A stretch of 64,000 nt of DNA from NCBI RefSeq assembly GCF_009914755.1, contig NC_060929.1, one strand, 5' to 3'. Positions 13,711 through 26,222 of the stretch are shown one piece after another. Source of the stretch: the human T2T-CHM13v2.0 reference genome, Homo sapiens. The notes beneath the pieces are model-generated. The model was not told where the DNA came from. It was given only the letters and a program-made list of their open reading frames with translations, and made no database searches. Each line of letters begins with the position of its first letter. Position 1 is the first letter of the stretch. A program made the position numbers and the translations under genes.

Positions 13711-14284
13711 GAAAGCCTCTGCAAGATGAGTAGGAAGAGAATCATTTGATATGAGAAGAGTATCATGAAAAAATTGAAATGACTTGCTCAAGTTTGTACA
13801 GTCCTAACAATCTAGCTAGGGCTGCAATGTAAACGTCTTCTATTCTGGGCAAGTATATTTCCCGTTAAGCAAAACAGAAGTTTCTCTGAATTTTTCTTTG
13901 AAGTCCAACCCTAAGCTCTCCCTTACCACCGTTAAATGAGAGAAGATCCAGTTGCCTGCAGGTACAACTCCTAGTAAGTCTCATCTCAGCCTTTCAGACT
14001 AAGGTCTTGATCATGGTTGGAAACTGAAACTTCAGCTCATGCCCTTTTGGTTTCCTGCTAGGGAGGACTCGGAGCAGAAGTGTGTCACAGGAGCAGCAAA
14101 AACACAGGCAGTGGGAAGAATAATTTCCCAATGGAAGTATTTCCTAAAGAATAGCTGGTCTACTCCTTAGGGCATTATATTTTAATGTCTGCCAATGTTG
14201 TTTGACTTGAACTTGGTTTTAAAGACTGATTAAGAATATACTTTTAAAAATAATGACTGTTTCCATTTCAAAATCATTATTTGC

Positions 14285-14500
14285 CAACCACTATGCTTAA
14301 TGCCTCAGCTGATTGATGTCATAGAATCCTTACAAAAACTTTCGGAGATAAATAGTATCATTATCCCCATTTTACAGATAATGAAAGAGACTTAAGGAGG
14401 TGAATAATTTATTCAAGTGATACACAGTTATTAAGTGGCAAATTGAAGATTCAGACCATGACCTGTCTGACTTCTACCCTGCTTCTTAATAATAACATCA
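14285..14500 (-). mobile_element. MIR SINE relic
   Basis: attatccccattttacagataatgaaa core. Confidence 0.8.
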
Positions 14501-14649
14501 TTATATTTGCTCTCCCTCCTCTTTTCCTCTCTGACTCACCTTGCCTAACCCAGCACCTGGAAGAAAGAATAGTAGGTACCCACTAAATATTTGATGAATT
14601 AATGAATGAATGAAATACTATGTTATACAAAGATCTACAATTGCAGGAT

Positions 14650-15140
14650 TGAGTCAATTCCCTATTTCTGGGCAACAAATTATTTATAAATTTAATGGTT
14701 TAAAAGAACAATTATCTCACAAATGCTGTGGGTCAGAAATCCAAGCATGAATGTGCTAGGTCCTCTGGCCAGTGGTCTCTTTCATGTGGCTGCAATTAAG
14801 ATGCTAGTTGGGGCTGTAGTTATATCAAGACTCAAATGAGATAAATCTACTTCTGAGCTGACTCACAATGTTGATGGCTGGATTCAGTTCCTCACTAGTT
14901 ATGGCCTGAGGCTGGCTTCTGTTTCTTACCACATGGATATGTCTTCATAAGGCAGTTCACAATATGGCAGCTTTCGTTTATAAGAGTAAGGGAAAAAGAG
15001 AGAGAGAGAGAGAGGTATACAAGCCACCCTTTTTAGAATCTAATCTCAGAAGTGCTATTGTATCACTTTTGTCAAATTTTGTTCCTTAGAAGTAAATCAC
15101 TAGGTCTGTCCCACACTAAGGGGGAAAGAATTATGTAATG
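14650..15140 (-). mobile_element. MLT1 (F/G-like) MaLR LTR
   Basis: ttatctcacaaatgctgtgggtcagaaatcc...agaagtaaatcactaggtctgtcccacact. Confidence 0.65.
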
Positions 15141-15269
15141 TTCATTATGAGTGAAACAAACAATAAAGGCATTAAATTTTTTTGATCAAAGCAAGATTAT
15201 TTCTCATTGGGGTGATCTGAGAAGACTTCATGGACTTGGAATTGAAACTGAAATTTTAAGAATGGCTTG

Positions 15270-16116
15270 CATTTGTGAGTTTGACTTTTTTAGATTCCAC
15301 ATATAAGTGAGATCGTGCAGTTCTTGTCTTTCTGTGTCTGGCTTATTTCGGTTAGCATAATGTCCTCCAGGTTCATCCATGTTGTCCCAGATGGCAGGAT
15401 ATTCTTCTTTTTTTAAGGCTGAATGATATTCCATTGTGTGTGTATGTATATATACACATATTTCCCACAGTTTATTCATTCATCTGTTGACAGACACTAG
15501 GGTTGTTTCCATATCTTGGCTATTGTGAATAATATTGTTATAAACATGGGGGGCACAAATATCTCTTTGAGATACTGACTTTTTTTTGGATATATACACA
15601 GAAGTGAGATTGCTGGATCATATGGTGGCTCTATTTTTAATTTTTGAGGAATCTCCATACTGTTTTCCATAAATGTCTATACCAATTTACATTCCCGCCA
15701 ACAGCGTGTTCCTTTTTCTCATATCCTTGCCAATACTTGTTATTTTTTGTTGAACTTATAAAAGCAGAAAGTAGAATGGTAGTTGCCAGGGGCTGGGGGT
15801 GGGGAAATTAGGAACGTGTTGGTCAAAGAATACAAAGGTTCATTTATATGAGGTGAATAGGTTCTGGAGATCTAACATATAGCATTGTGACTATGGTTAG
15901 TAATACTAAATTGTATACTTGAAATTTGCTAAGAGAGTTTAAGTGTTCTCATCACACCCCAAAATATTATAATTATGTGACATGATTAATACAATAATTA
16001 GCTTGATTGTGGTAATTCATTTTATAATGCATATATATACCAAAATGCCAAATTGCAAACCTTAAATATGGGCAATTTTTATTTGTCAATTATACCTCAA
16101 TAAAGCTGAGGAGAAA
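15270..16116 (+). mobile_element. old L1 (L1MA9/L1MB-like) 3' end with 5' inversion: 15270-15748 minus, 15749-16116 plus
   Basis: The two L1 3' segments are contiguous in consensus but opposite in orientation; TSD aagaatggcttg at 15258-15269 and 16117-16128. Confidence 0.85.
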
Positions 16117-18676
16117 AAGAATGGCTTGTGCTTAGGCAGAGGAAGAACAAAAGGAGGACTTTCATGTGTAAGAGTCATGAAATACAGCACAGAGAAAAAC
16201 AGAAAAAAATGACAATGAACGATACGATTTAATGTCAGTAATTGGCTCTAGCTGAATGTTTAACGAAGAAGAATGAATAGAGGTTATGTCTTCAGGAACT
16301 AGTCCAATGCCTTGATCATAGTAGATACATGATAAATATTTGTTGAATGAATAAACTCCCAGGCCTTCTTCTATATGCAGCTTGAAAACAGACACAAGAT
16401 CATGAAACTAGCCTTTTAAATGTGTATTACCTCAATCATCTGTGTGACTTTTGTGAGCAGTCAGGGCTCCAGTGGCTTTCTGAAACACACAGTTCACAGT
16501 GGGACGGTGACTTTTGCAGGTCTCTCAGCTGCAGATGGGGAATGAAAGAGCAACCACAGGAGAACCTTCCAGCTTCAGGTTGCTTTTAGGGTTCTGGGAG
16601 AGGGATAGGGAGGATGGCAAGAAGTGGGGGTGCCAAGACAAAGGGCACCAGTGATGACAGAATGCAAGAAACTGCATGTTTTACCACAAAATCTGTTGTC
16701 TTGTGTGGTTGGCAGTATTCATAAAGTTCCAGTTGTATCTCACTGATTCCTTGCCTTAGCATGGACCTCACTGTATGTCGTTTCATGTATATCAATTAAA
16801 AGTCCTAATTAAAATGCCTCTGGCTTTGTGGGATGAGATTTAAGACATGCTAATAATTTTCTGTTGTGACTATGATTAATGATGATGATGTTGTTGGCAA
16901 AGGGTTGAAGGTGGGCAATAGCGATGGTTGTTGGGAGCTGTCATCACTACTATTAGCTCACAAGTCTCTTCTTTGCCCAGAATGACAAAGTTGAAAGTTA
17001 AATGTGTGTGTTTTTATGTGTGCATATGCAAAAAAAAGTGCCTAGTTTTTTCATGGAATTTAGAAGTTTTTCTTCCTAAGCCAAAATACAAGTTTGGATT
17101 CACACACACATTTGCACACATGTACCTGTATGCACACACAGAAACACACACTTACATATTTACTCTTCCCGTGATGGGAGCTTGAAGTCTATTCAGTGAC
17201 TATCATAACAAGAAGCATCTCAATTCTTGAAATCAATGAATTCTGTATTGTGCTTTCTAAGGGTCAATAATGATTGGGAAGTTAAAGGAAATGGTAGAAT
17301 CTGAGGAGTTCTAGAATCAGTAATTGACATGGAATACTCTCCTAAGCTCTATTTCAGCCCCAGTATATACACAAGTAGAGACAGAACTAACCACTGATGT
17401 TAAATGCCTCCACAAAGAGACAGAACTTTAATTTTCAGAGCATATCTAAATTAATAGGCAAATCCTCCATGCATACAACTAATGAGCCCAAATGCATATT
17501 ATTTTCACTTATCTGGGAATATTTTGCTTGTTTGCTTTGGTTTTTGTTTTTTGGTAGGAGACAGAAGGCAGCTACAAGGTCCAGAATGTTTCTGTCTTTT
17601 ATTTAAGTTTTAAATCTTTGGCCCAATTCTAATGTCTTACTTTCATATTTTCTGTTTTTTTTCCTTTCATCTAACCTGTAATAAAGCACTGCATTGTGTT
17701 AGCATGAAAAAAAAAAGTGCAGCAGTATGGAGCTACATCCTCAAGATGGTACAAGTCTCTTGGGGAGACTTTAGTTTTTTGATGTACAATCCTATGTTCT
17801 AAGCAGGAGATTTTTATTAAGCAGGTATTAAAACACCTCCTTTTGCTTTAGGTTCCTTATCAGTGTGGTTACTGTGACAAGGCAAATAGAAGTTTATAAG
17901 TAAATGCTTCACCTTTTCATCTCTGCTTATACTAGTGCCTAAATCTAGAGAAATTTCTTTTATATAGCTCAAGGAAAATAGTGTTATATCTGATAAAGTT
18001 CAAGATGCAACTTTCACTTTATGTTTTGCTTTTTAATGAACCCAGTGTTCAAACTGCCTTCTTTTTCTTTCTTTCCCTTTACCTTGCAGACCTGTGGGAG
18101 TAGCAAGTGAGAAAACGCTATATTCAGAATTTAGGAGGTTCACACACAATAATTTTACTCTGTCTGCTCCGGCCAAGAACATAAGACTCTAGGGATTTGG
18201 GTTGAAAAGCAAAAGTAATTCTAGTCAGGATTATATAACCAAGGACTGAATGATCATAACTGGCAATTTATGGAAGAAGGCCTTATTCGCAGCTTTCATT
18301 AATTTTTTAATAGCTTACTTACTATTTTCTGAATTCGCTTTTCTAAGTGTCCATAATCGACTTCTTTTCCTGTTTTTCTTTTTTTTTTTTTTTAAGTAAA
18401 CCTGTAAGTGCTGAGGAATATATTGGTAGGAAACCTAGCCTATATTTTCTAAATGCTGTTATCTAGTGTTGAGAAGGTTATGCTGATCATCTACTGTGTG
18501 TAAAACACAATAATAGGTCATAGAAATCTGAAAATTTTAATAAGTATTTACAGAGCTTGTCACATGGCAATATTAAACATATATTTTTTGAGTAGATATT
18601 GAATTCTAAGCTACAGAAATGTCATTTAAACTGATATTTAAAGGCTGAAAGGGATCTAGCTGAGTAAGATACTTTA

Positions 18677-18956
18677 TTTTTTTAAATATATATTTTTAAA
18701 TTTTATAAAAGATAGGATCTTGCTGTGTCACCCAGGCTGGAGTGCAGTGGCACAATCATGGCTCACTACAGCCTCAACATCCTGGGGTCAAATGATTATC
18801 CCATTTCAGCATCCTGAGTAGCTGAGCTACAGGTACAAGCCACCAGTGTCTCACTACATTGCCCAGTCTAGTTTCAAACTCCTGGGTTTAAACGATTGCT
18901 CCTCCCTCAGCCTCCCAAAGTGCTGGGATTAGAGGTGTGAGCCACTGCTCCTGGCC
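18677..18956 (-). mobile_element. AluJ with central linker deleted
   Basis: Right and left arms fused at ~18846; TSD taagatacttta (18665) / taagacacttta (18959). Confidence 0.88.
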
Positions 18957-18999
18957 TATAAGACACTTTAACATAGGGAGATATAAAAGCATCTTTCAG

Positions 19000-19262
19000 G
19001 ACTCTCTTGACTGTCAGTTGCTCAGAGAAGACTTCCCTTGATTCCCTCAATCTAAATAAATTTTTCCTCTTTCATTTTACTTTCTTATTATTTATTATAA
19101 TTTGTTTATTCATAGCCATCTCTGTGATTGCTTAGCATCTCCTCCGTTGCTAGAGTATAAATGCCACAAGGGCAAGTATTGTATCTGTTTTATTTATTTG
19201 TATAGCTTAGTACATAGTCTGGTAAATAATGGTGTTACATCAGTGTTCATAAATGAAAAGAT
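19000..19262 (+). mobile_element. L2 3' relic
   Basis: ctagagtataaatgccacaagggcaag...tatagcttagtacatagtctgg. Confidence 0.6.
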
Positions 19263-19269
19263 TAAAGAC

Positions 19270-19485
19270 TATAACACATTTATTGAGCACTTACTGTCTG
19301 CTAAGCACTTAAAAACATCTTATTTAATCATCTAAGAGTGCTCCAAAGTCGATAGTAATTTTATGTATGAGACAACCTAAACTCAGAAAGGTTAAGTAAA
19401 CTTCCTAGACTCACAGCTAGTAAGTGCCAGAGTTAGGATTTAACCCCAAATCTAGTCTTTTCCTTATTATAATAGCTATACTGCA
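19270..19485 (-). mobile_element. MIR SINE relic
   Basis: catttattgagcacttactg...tcacagctagtaagtgccagag. Confidence 0.8.
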
Positions 19486-20080
19486 TGATTCCTCTCTCCT
19501 TCTTGCCCTTCTTCCCTCTCTCTCTCCTTCCCTCCCTCCCTCACAATTTATAAATCTCTTCTCTCTGTTTCTCTCTCATTCCTTTTCTTTCTTTCAAAAT
19601 ACATTATACATGCAAAAGAGTTTATGTAACATATTTGCACAGGTTTAGAGAGCATTGATGAAACACACACCCATGATCCTGCCCTGCCCCCAAGTTAAGA
19701 TTGATGGCTCTGAAATAACCATGTATTCCCCTTATCACAGTTACCTCTTTTATTGTAAATATTTGTGTCAATCATTTTCTTGTACTTTTTAATAGTCTCA
19801 TTGCATATGTAAAAATCCTTAAACAATGTATTATTTGTTTCTGCCTATTTTTCAACATTATGTAAGAGAAATCAAAGTGTGTATGTTTTTATAGCACATA
19901 TTTTGCTCACCATTGTTTTTGAGATTTACTCATGGTGTATGTTGTAACTATAATTTCTTTATTTTAGTTACTGCACAGTAAATTGCTCATAATATAACAC
20001 ATTTAATTATTAAATTATATTTTTGATGTATACGTGGCTTCATTCTAGATTTTTTCTATTATGGATTTAGTTTTCTGACG

Positions 20081-20767
20081 CAGTAGTCTTCCCTTATCCA
20101 TGGGGAATACATTCCAAGAACCCAGTAGATGTCTGAAACTACAGATAGTACCTAACCTTATATATACTATGTTTTTTCTATATATACATACTTATGATAA
20201 AGTTTAGTTTATAAAGTAAGCACAGCAAGATATTAACAATTACAAATAATAAAACAGAACAATTATAATATTTTTCTTCATTACTGTAGCTTTATTATTT
20301 TTTAGTTTTTTATTATTTTTTTTATTTCCATAGGTTATTGGGGAACAGGTGGTGTTTGGTTACATAAGTTCTTTAGTGGTGATTTGTGAAATTTTGGCGC
20401 ACTCATTATCCGAGCAGTATACACTGTACCCAATTTGTATTCTTTTATCCCTCACCCCCTTCCCATCCTTTCCCCCTGAGCCCCCAAAGTCCATTGTGTC
20501 ATTCTTATGCCTTTGCATCCTCATAGCTTAGCTCTCAATTAGCTTATGAGTGAGAACATACGATGTGTGGTTTTCCATTCCTAAGTTATTTCACTTAGAA
20601 TAATAGTCTCCAATCTCATGCAGGTCACTGTGAATGCCATTAATTCATTCCTTTTCATGGCTGAGTAGTATTCCATTGTGTATATATATTGTTTCTCAAC
20701 ATCTTATTTTACAGTGCTGGAGGTAACCGAATCTGCAGAAAATGAAACTAAAAGGGGAGGACTACTG
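20081..20767. mobile_element. MER44A-like (Tigger7 family, TcMar) non-autonomous DNA transposon interrupted by an L1PB 3' end
   Basis: Terminal inverted repeats cagtagtcttccc (20081) ... ggggaggactactg (20767). Confidence 0.8.
20290..20689 (-). mobile_element. L1PB1-like 3' end
   Basis: tttccataggttattgggg...agttctttagtggtgatttgtga; T-rich tail at left. Confidence 0.85.
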
Positions 20768-21199
20768 TAGTTTGTTTAGAACATTTGCCCATATGTTTTC
20801 AAGAGAGAAAAAAACTGTAATTTTTATTTCTCATACTATCCTCATCTCATTTTCAGTTTGTCATTTTCCAACTAATTTGAAAATATAAACAGTCTTGTAA
20901 TGAATCTATTATTATTATCTGAAAAAAAATTCTGTAGGATTTGAGTTTTTTATTTCTTAAATGTTGATTGAACTTACTTGTCTGGGTATTTTCTTCACAG
21001 GGAGATTTTCAAGTATTAATTCTTTATTAATTGTAGGACAATTTAGGTTTTCTGTTTCTTCTTGTATCAGTTACTGGTCAGTTGTGTTTTTGAAACTTTC
21101 ATCAGCATTTTAAAATTTATTCGCATAAAATTGTTTGGTATATATTTTTTAGTTTGTGCCATGCCTGTAGTTACACCATGTTAAATCCTTAGTATCTTC

Positions 21200-21820
21200 A
21201 TTATTAATTTATTGCTTCTCAGTCCCAAATCACCCTTCTTTTGCCCTATTTTGGGATGCTGAAGCTAGACTCTACAAATCAAATTTCTTCTTTTCTAGCT
21301 GGCCCTGTTATGCTTTGACAATAAGGGTCTCTTCAAGGAGACTGCAAGACTGGAGGGAGAAGTTACCTGCTTCTTTCTGTTTGTTTTTCTTCAGTAGCAA
21401 GTTGTGGGGTTCATGGCTGATCCCAGCCCCAGGAATGACGGGTCAGATTGATGGGCAGCTGATTTCTTCATCAGTGTTCTTCAACGGGAGCACATTGTTC
21501 TTGTGGTTCTGGTGAGTGACTCCCAGCAACTTCTGTGGCAGCTGATGTGGCTGTGGAAAATCTCTGCCATATCCCAGAGGGCTAAATCTTATCTTTACAG
21601 AGCCTCTCTTTGAAGCTTCTGTTTTACCCTTGTTCATTTTTAAGGCAACACTAAGGGCAGCAGCTGCTCTCTGTAGTTACTCTCTCTGTTGTGTCTTGGA
21701 GTCTTTTGCCCTTCCAACGAGTTTACCACCCTTTTCTTGGGTAACAATTCTTTATATTAAATGTTCTCTCTTCAAATTGCTGGTATGGTTTCTGTCTCCT
21801 AATTAAACCCAGATTCATTT
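21200..21820 (+). mobile_element. ERVL-type solo LTR (LTR33/LTR41-like)
   Basis: 3' end attaaatgttctctcttcaaattgctggtatggtttctgtctcc typical of ERVL LTRs; subfamily uncertain. Confidence 0.5.
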
Positions 21821-22149
21821 AATTCATTTGTTATCTTTTTTATTTTATAAAACGTGAAAATTTAAAGCAATGAAATTGCTTTCACTTGTATTTACCCATA
21901 AGTTTGATATATGGTAATTTATTTATAAGCTAAGTTATAAATATTTTTCAAGTTCCATCTTGATTTCCTCTTTGCTTCAGACATTGTTTTGAAGTGTTTT
22001 TCCCTAAATGTATCATTTTTGTTATTATTTTCTAATTATGCTGATATACATGTTCATAAAACATGGTCTGAATGACACTAATCTTGTAAAGTGAGGTGAT
22101 ACTTGCTGTTTGGGCTGTCTGTAAAGATTAATTCATCTATAATTGTAGG

Positions 22150-22690
22150 GTCATTTCAGTTATCTCCTGCTGAATAACAAAGTGTCCTAAAATGTAGTGG
22201 CTAAAAATAATAATTTATGTTTATGCTCACAATTTTACAGATTGACTTAGACCAAAGATTGGAGCCTCACATGCATTTTCAGTGAGATAGGGGCTGGTAT
22301 TGAAGACTTCAGAAAGGGAAATCCAAGAAAGCATTTGCAATCATATTTCTGGATATAAGGAATAACTTATCTGGGAATAACTGAAACATCTTGGGATGTT
22401 TGCACATCTGTCTCTCCCCCAGTGTTCACCCCACTTAATGAACTTGAGCTTCCTCACACAATGGTGGTATTTAGGTAACTGGGCTTTTTACATGAAAGCT
22501 GGCTTACCCTAAAACATTCCTCTTAACTAAGGTGGAAGCTGCAAAACTTATAATCTAGCCTTGGAAGTCACACAGCATCCTGTCTTATTGGTTAGGCAGA
22601 GTTTTCTCATTGTCAGTGCAGGTAGGTTTACACAGGATGTGAGCACCAAGAGGTGAGGCTCATTGGAGGGTCGTCTTTGGAGATTACAAG
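22150..22690 (-). mobile_element. MLT1 (H-like) MaLR LTR
   Basis: cagttatctcctgctgaataacaaa...gccttggaagtcacacagcat...gtctttggaga. Confidence 0.65.
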
Positions 22691-22919
22691 GATTTTTTTT
22701 TGCATGAGAATTAGAAGATTAAATGTGATCTTCCAATTTACTATCTCCATAATGTTTTATTTTAGTCCATCTTGATTCTCCTCTTTGCCCTAGATACTAC
22801 TTATAATTTTTATAAATATATTGTTTTTACTTTCTAACTATATTGACTTATGTTCAAAATGGTCTGAATGAGACCAGTTTTTTGAAAGTCTGGTGGTACT
22901 TGTTTGTTGGATTAAAAAA

Positions 22920-23790
22920 AAAATTGATCTCTTTTTCTCTCAGAAATGTATGCTGTATTTCTTCAAAGCTTTCCTCCAGATCACTATTTATATTTTCAGC
23001 AGAATCTAATCTGCTCTTGTAACCCTCCGGTTACTTTTAAAATTTTGATTATTATATTTCCCAGATATGGAACTCTATTTGGTTCTTTTTCCCATCTCCT
23101 GGGCTGCTTTATAGTCTTTTTTTCCTTATTTGTTCTGTCAATCCTTTCTGTTGCTTCTCGAAACATATAAAACATACTCATTTTATATTCTATATTTGAT
23201 AATTTCATTAATGGAGACTTTGGTGGGATTCTGCTTTCTGTTGTTTTTTTTCTGGCTCTAACAGTGTCTTGTTTTCTTATATGATATAGAATTTTATGTT
23301 GTAAGATCATATTTTATGGAAAAGCCTTTGCAGGAATTTTTTGAAGCACAGGCTAAAGTTGGATTTCCGCAGAAAACATTGAATTTTATTCTTTTTGTTA
23401 CCTCAAATTATTACCTACTTAAAATGATCTGCTTACAATTATTTAAGTTGCATACGATAACAGTAATTGGGACTTGAAGCCAAGTAAAGGCAACTGGTTG
23501 TTTATTAATTCTCAAGGGAAGTTTCATTTATCCACCAACCAGTGCCAGGACAATGACAAAGGTATGTTTGTCTTGTTCTACATAGAGTTTATTTATCATT
23601 CACCCGTACTTTGAAGGAATAGTCCTTTAGGTTCCAAGCTTGATATCTAGGTTGCCTAATATATTCTCACTAGTCGTTATTTCCATTCTCTTATGCCTGG
23701 CATAACATTAAAACCGAATCCTAAAGTCAATAATGTTCATCTTATACTCTTAAGGTGAAATTCGCCTTCAATATTAGCTTACCTCCTAGA
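22920..23790 (-). mobile_element. very old L1M/HAL1-like ORF1 and 5' region relic
   Basis: Minus-strand translation ...KLSNIEYKMSMFYMFRE... resembles the N-terminus of old L1 ORF1. Confidence 0.45.
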
Positions 23791-23802
23791 ATTCCCTTTC
23801 TT

Positions 23803-23803
<1 letters not shown>

Positions 23804-23844
<41 letters not shown>
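23804..23844. repeat. (GT)~20 microsatellite
   Basis: Directly visible. Confidence 0.98.
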
Positions 23845-23847
<3 letters not shown>

Positions 23848-25171
23848 ATTGCAGATACTTTGTTTTCCTTCCATGTCAATGGTGGCGATTTTCACCAGAA
23901 TTTTTAGCTATTTTCAGTTGTAAACTAAGGGAAAGAAAAAAAAGCAGAGGGAAAGAAAAAAATAGTCCTCTAGGTGTTTCATTTGTATTCCAAAAACTTA
24001 CCAACATTGAATTCCTGACAATTCTTGCTTTCTGTAAATATGTGGAAAGAAAGGAGTAGCTGAGTAAGAGATACTTCAGTGCCACTACTTGCATTACACT
24101 TTTACGGTAGACATTACTTGGGGATGAGAGGTGTTGTACTGGAAGAGAAAAAGGAAAAAGTGCCCCAGCAATATGGAGGAAGCTGAGATGGTATATACTC
24201 ACTTATTAAACTGAGTCAGATTGAGCAGTTACTTTCATTATATGTTTTTTGTGGGCTTCCTATAGTTTACAATTAGTGAAAATGACCTTCAGGCCTGTTT
24301 TGAAAAATAAATTATGGAAACCCCTTTGATTCCTCATTTTCTTGAAATGTCCTGTTTGCTAATGTTCTTTTCTAAACCAATAACCTAAAATGTGAAAATA
24401 CCTGAAATGTAGCGATGAAATACATCAATGTTTTCAGTTTCATGTCTTTGAAATGGTACAAAAGCAGTGATGTCTTATAGATGAAAAACAGGTTTGGTTT
24501 GTAACCTGAAGAAAGTATAAGAAAGGAACTCTTTAAACATCCAGGATGGAGAACATAGATTCAGCATTACAATGAAATTATTAAAAAACTCCAGACTGAT
24601 TTTACATTCCATTAAGGACAGAATCTTTTGAGAGAAGGAGGCAAAAGGAAGGAGAAATAAACCTAATGTCTGCTGCCGTTTCCTAACTAGGATCCAAGTG
24701 TAGCTTTTAAATTTATGAGATCAGAACATCAAAAGATAGCAGCTAAATATATTCAAGTACAGTGGAAATTTTGACATAAATTTAGTGACTTATTTTTCCC
24801 CCTCAAGAAATGAGTGCATGTGTTTTGCAAGCTATTTTTTAGGACTTGATTTACATAGAGACCCATTTATTTAGGAAAGAGTCAATAAACAGAATACCAG
24901 AGAAGAACATCAACTGAGTCAGATATATGGGTCTGCAATATCGTTGGGTACCTGCCCCTGTGCTGTTTTCAGAGTGTAAATAGAAGACCTCTCAAAGGGT
25001 CCCCCACTGAAGCAAGGCCAGGTGGAACATCAAATAGCACCATGAAGGGAGGCTGCCTTTCCATCCTCTGCAGTAAACTTTCTTAAAAGGTTTAACAGTC
25101 CGTGGGCTGTTTAACTCTTATCATGCCTGGGACAGAGGTTAGACTGTCCAACAGAGCCTAGAAAATGTTTA

Positions 25172-25631
<460 letters not shown>

Positions 25632-26019
25632 TCAAAATAAAATGTTAAATGGAAACCACAACCAGAGAACAGTAAGTTGGAAACAGCTGATGCCATTTAT
25701 ATGAACAAAGTACAAAATAATTGTTTATCAGTATATCTCTATGTCATAAAAGTTCAAAAATACGCTTATGAGTGATTCACATCATCTTCAGGATATTGGT
25801 TACCTTTAGGGAGTGAAGGGGGAGAAGTGGGAGGTATATGGATTTTTCATATTTGTAAGGTTTTCTTATTTTTTAAAAAAAGAGTCCACTAAAACATATA
25901 GCAAATAGCAACATGTATTTTATGTCCATAGTAATTAACATGGATGTCTATAATATTCTTTTCTTTTCTATATGTTTAAGATTATTTATTATCAAAAGTA
26001 AAAAACATGGTCTTAAATG

Positions 26020-26222
26020 CAGCCTCTTTCAATAGAACATTTCTTATGTTGAAAATGCTGTATATCTTTTCTGTCAAACAAAATAGACACTAGTCATGTG
26101 TGACTACTGAGCACTTGCAATTTGGCTAATGCAACTAAGGGATTCAATTTTTAATTTTATTTAATTTTAATTAATTTTAATAGCTACATGTGAGTAATGT
26201 CTTTTATATTTGACAGTACATA
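26020..26222. mobile_element. MER3-like hAT-Charlie DNA transposon relic
   Basis: tcaatagaacatttc...cactagtcatgtgtgactactgagcacttg...tttgacagtaca. Confidence 0.7.

Noticed and set aside
17852-17899. Acceptor ttttgctttag followed by the frame VPYQCGYCDKANRSL*, resembling half a C2H2 zinc finger
   Set aside because: It stops before the HxxxH half, has no neighbouring fingers or TGEKP linker, and is most likely chance.
18061-18112. Strong polypyrimidine-CAG acceptor with a nearby gtgag donor (possible 17-nt micro-exon)
   Set aside because: The length is not a multiple of 3, no partner exons are visible, and such sites are common in introns.
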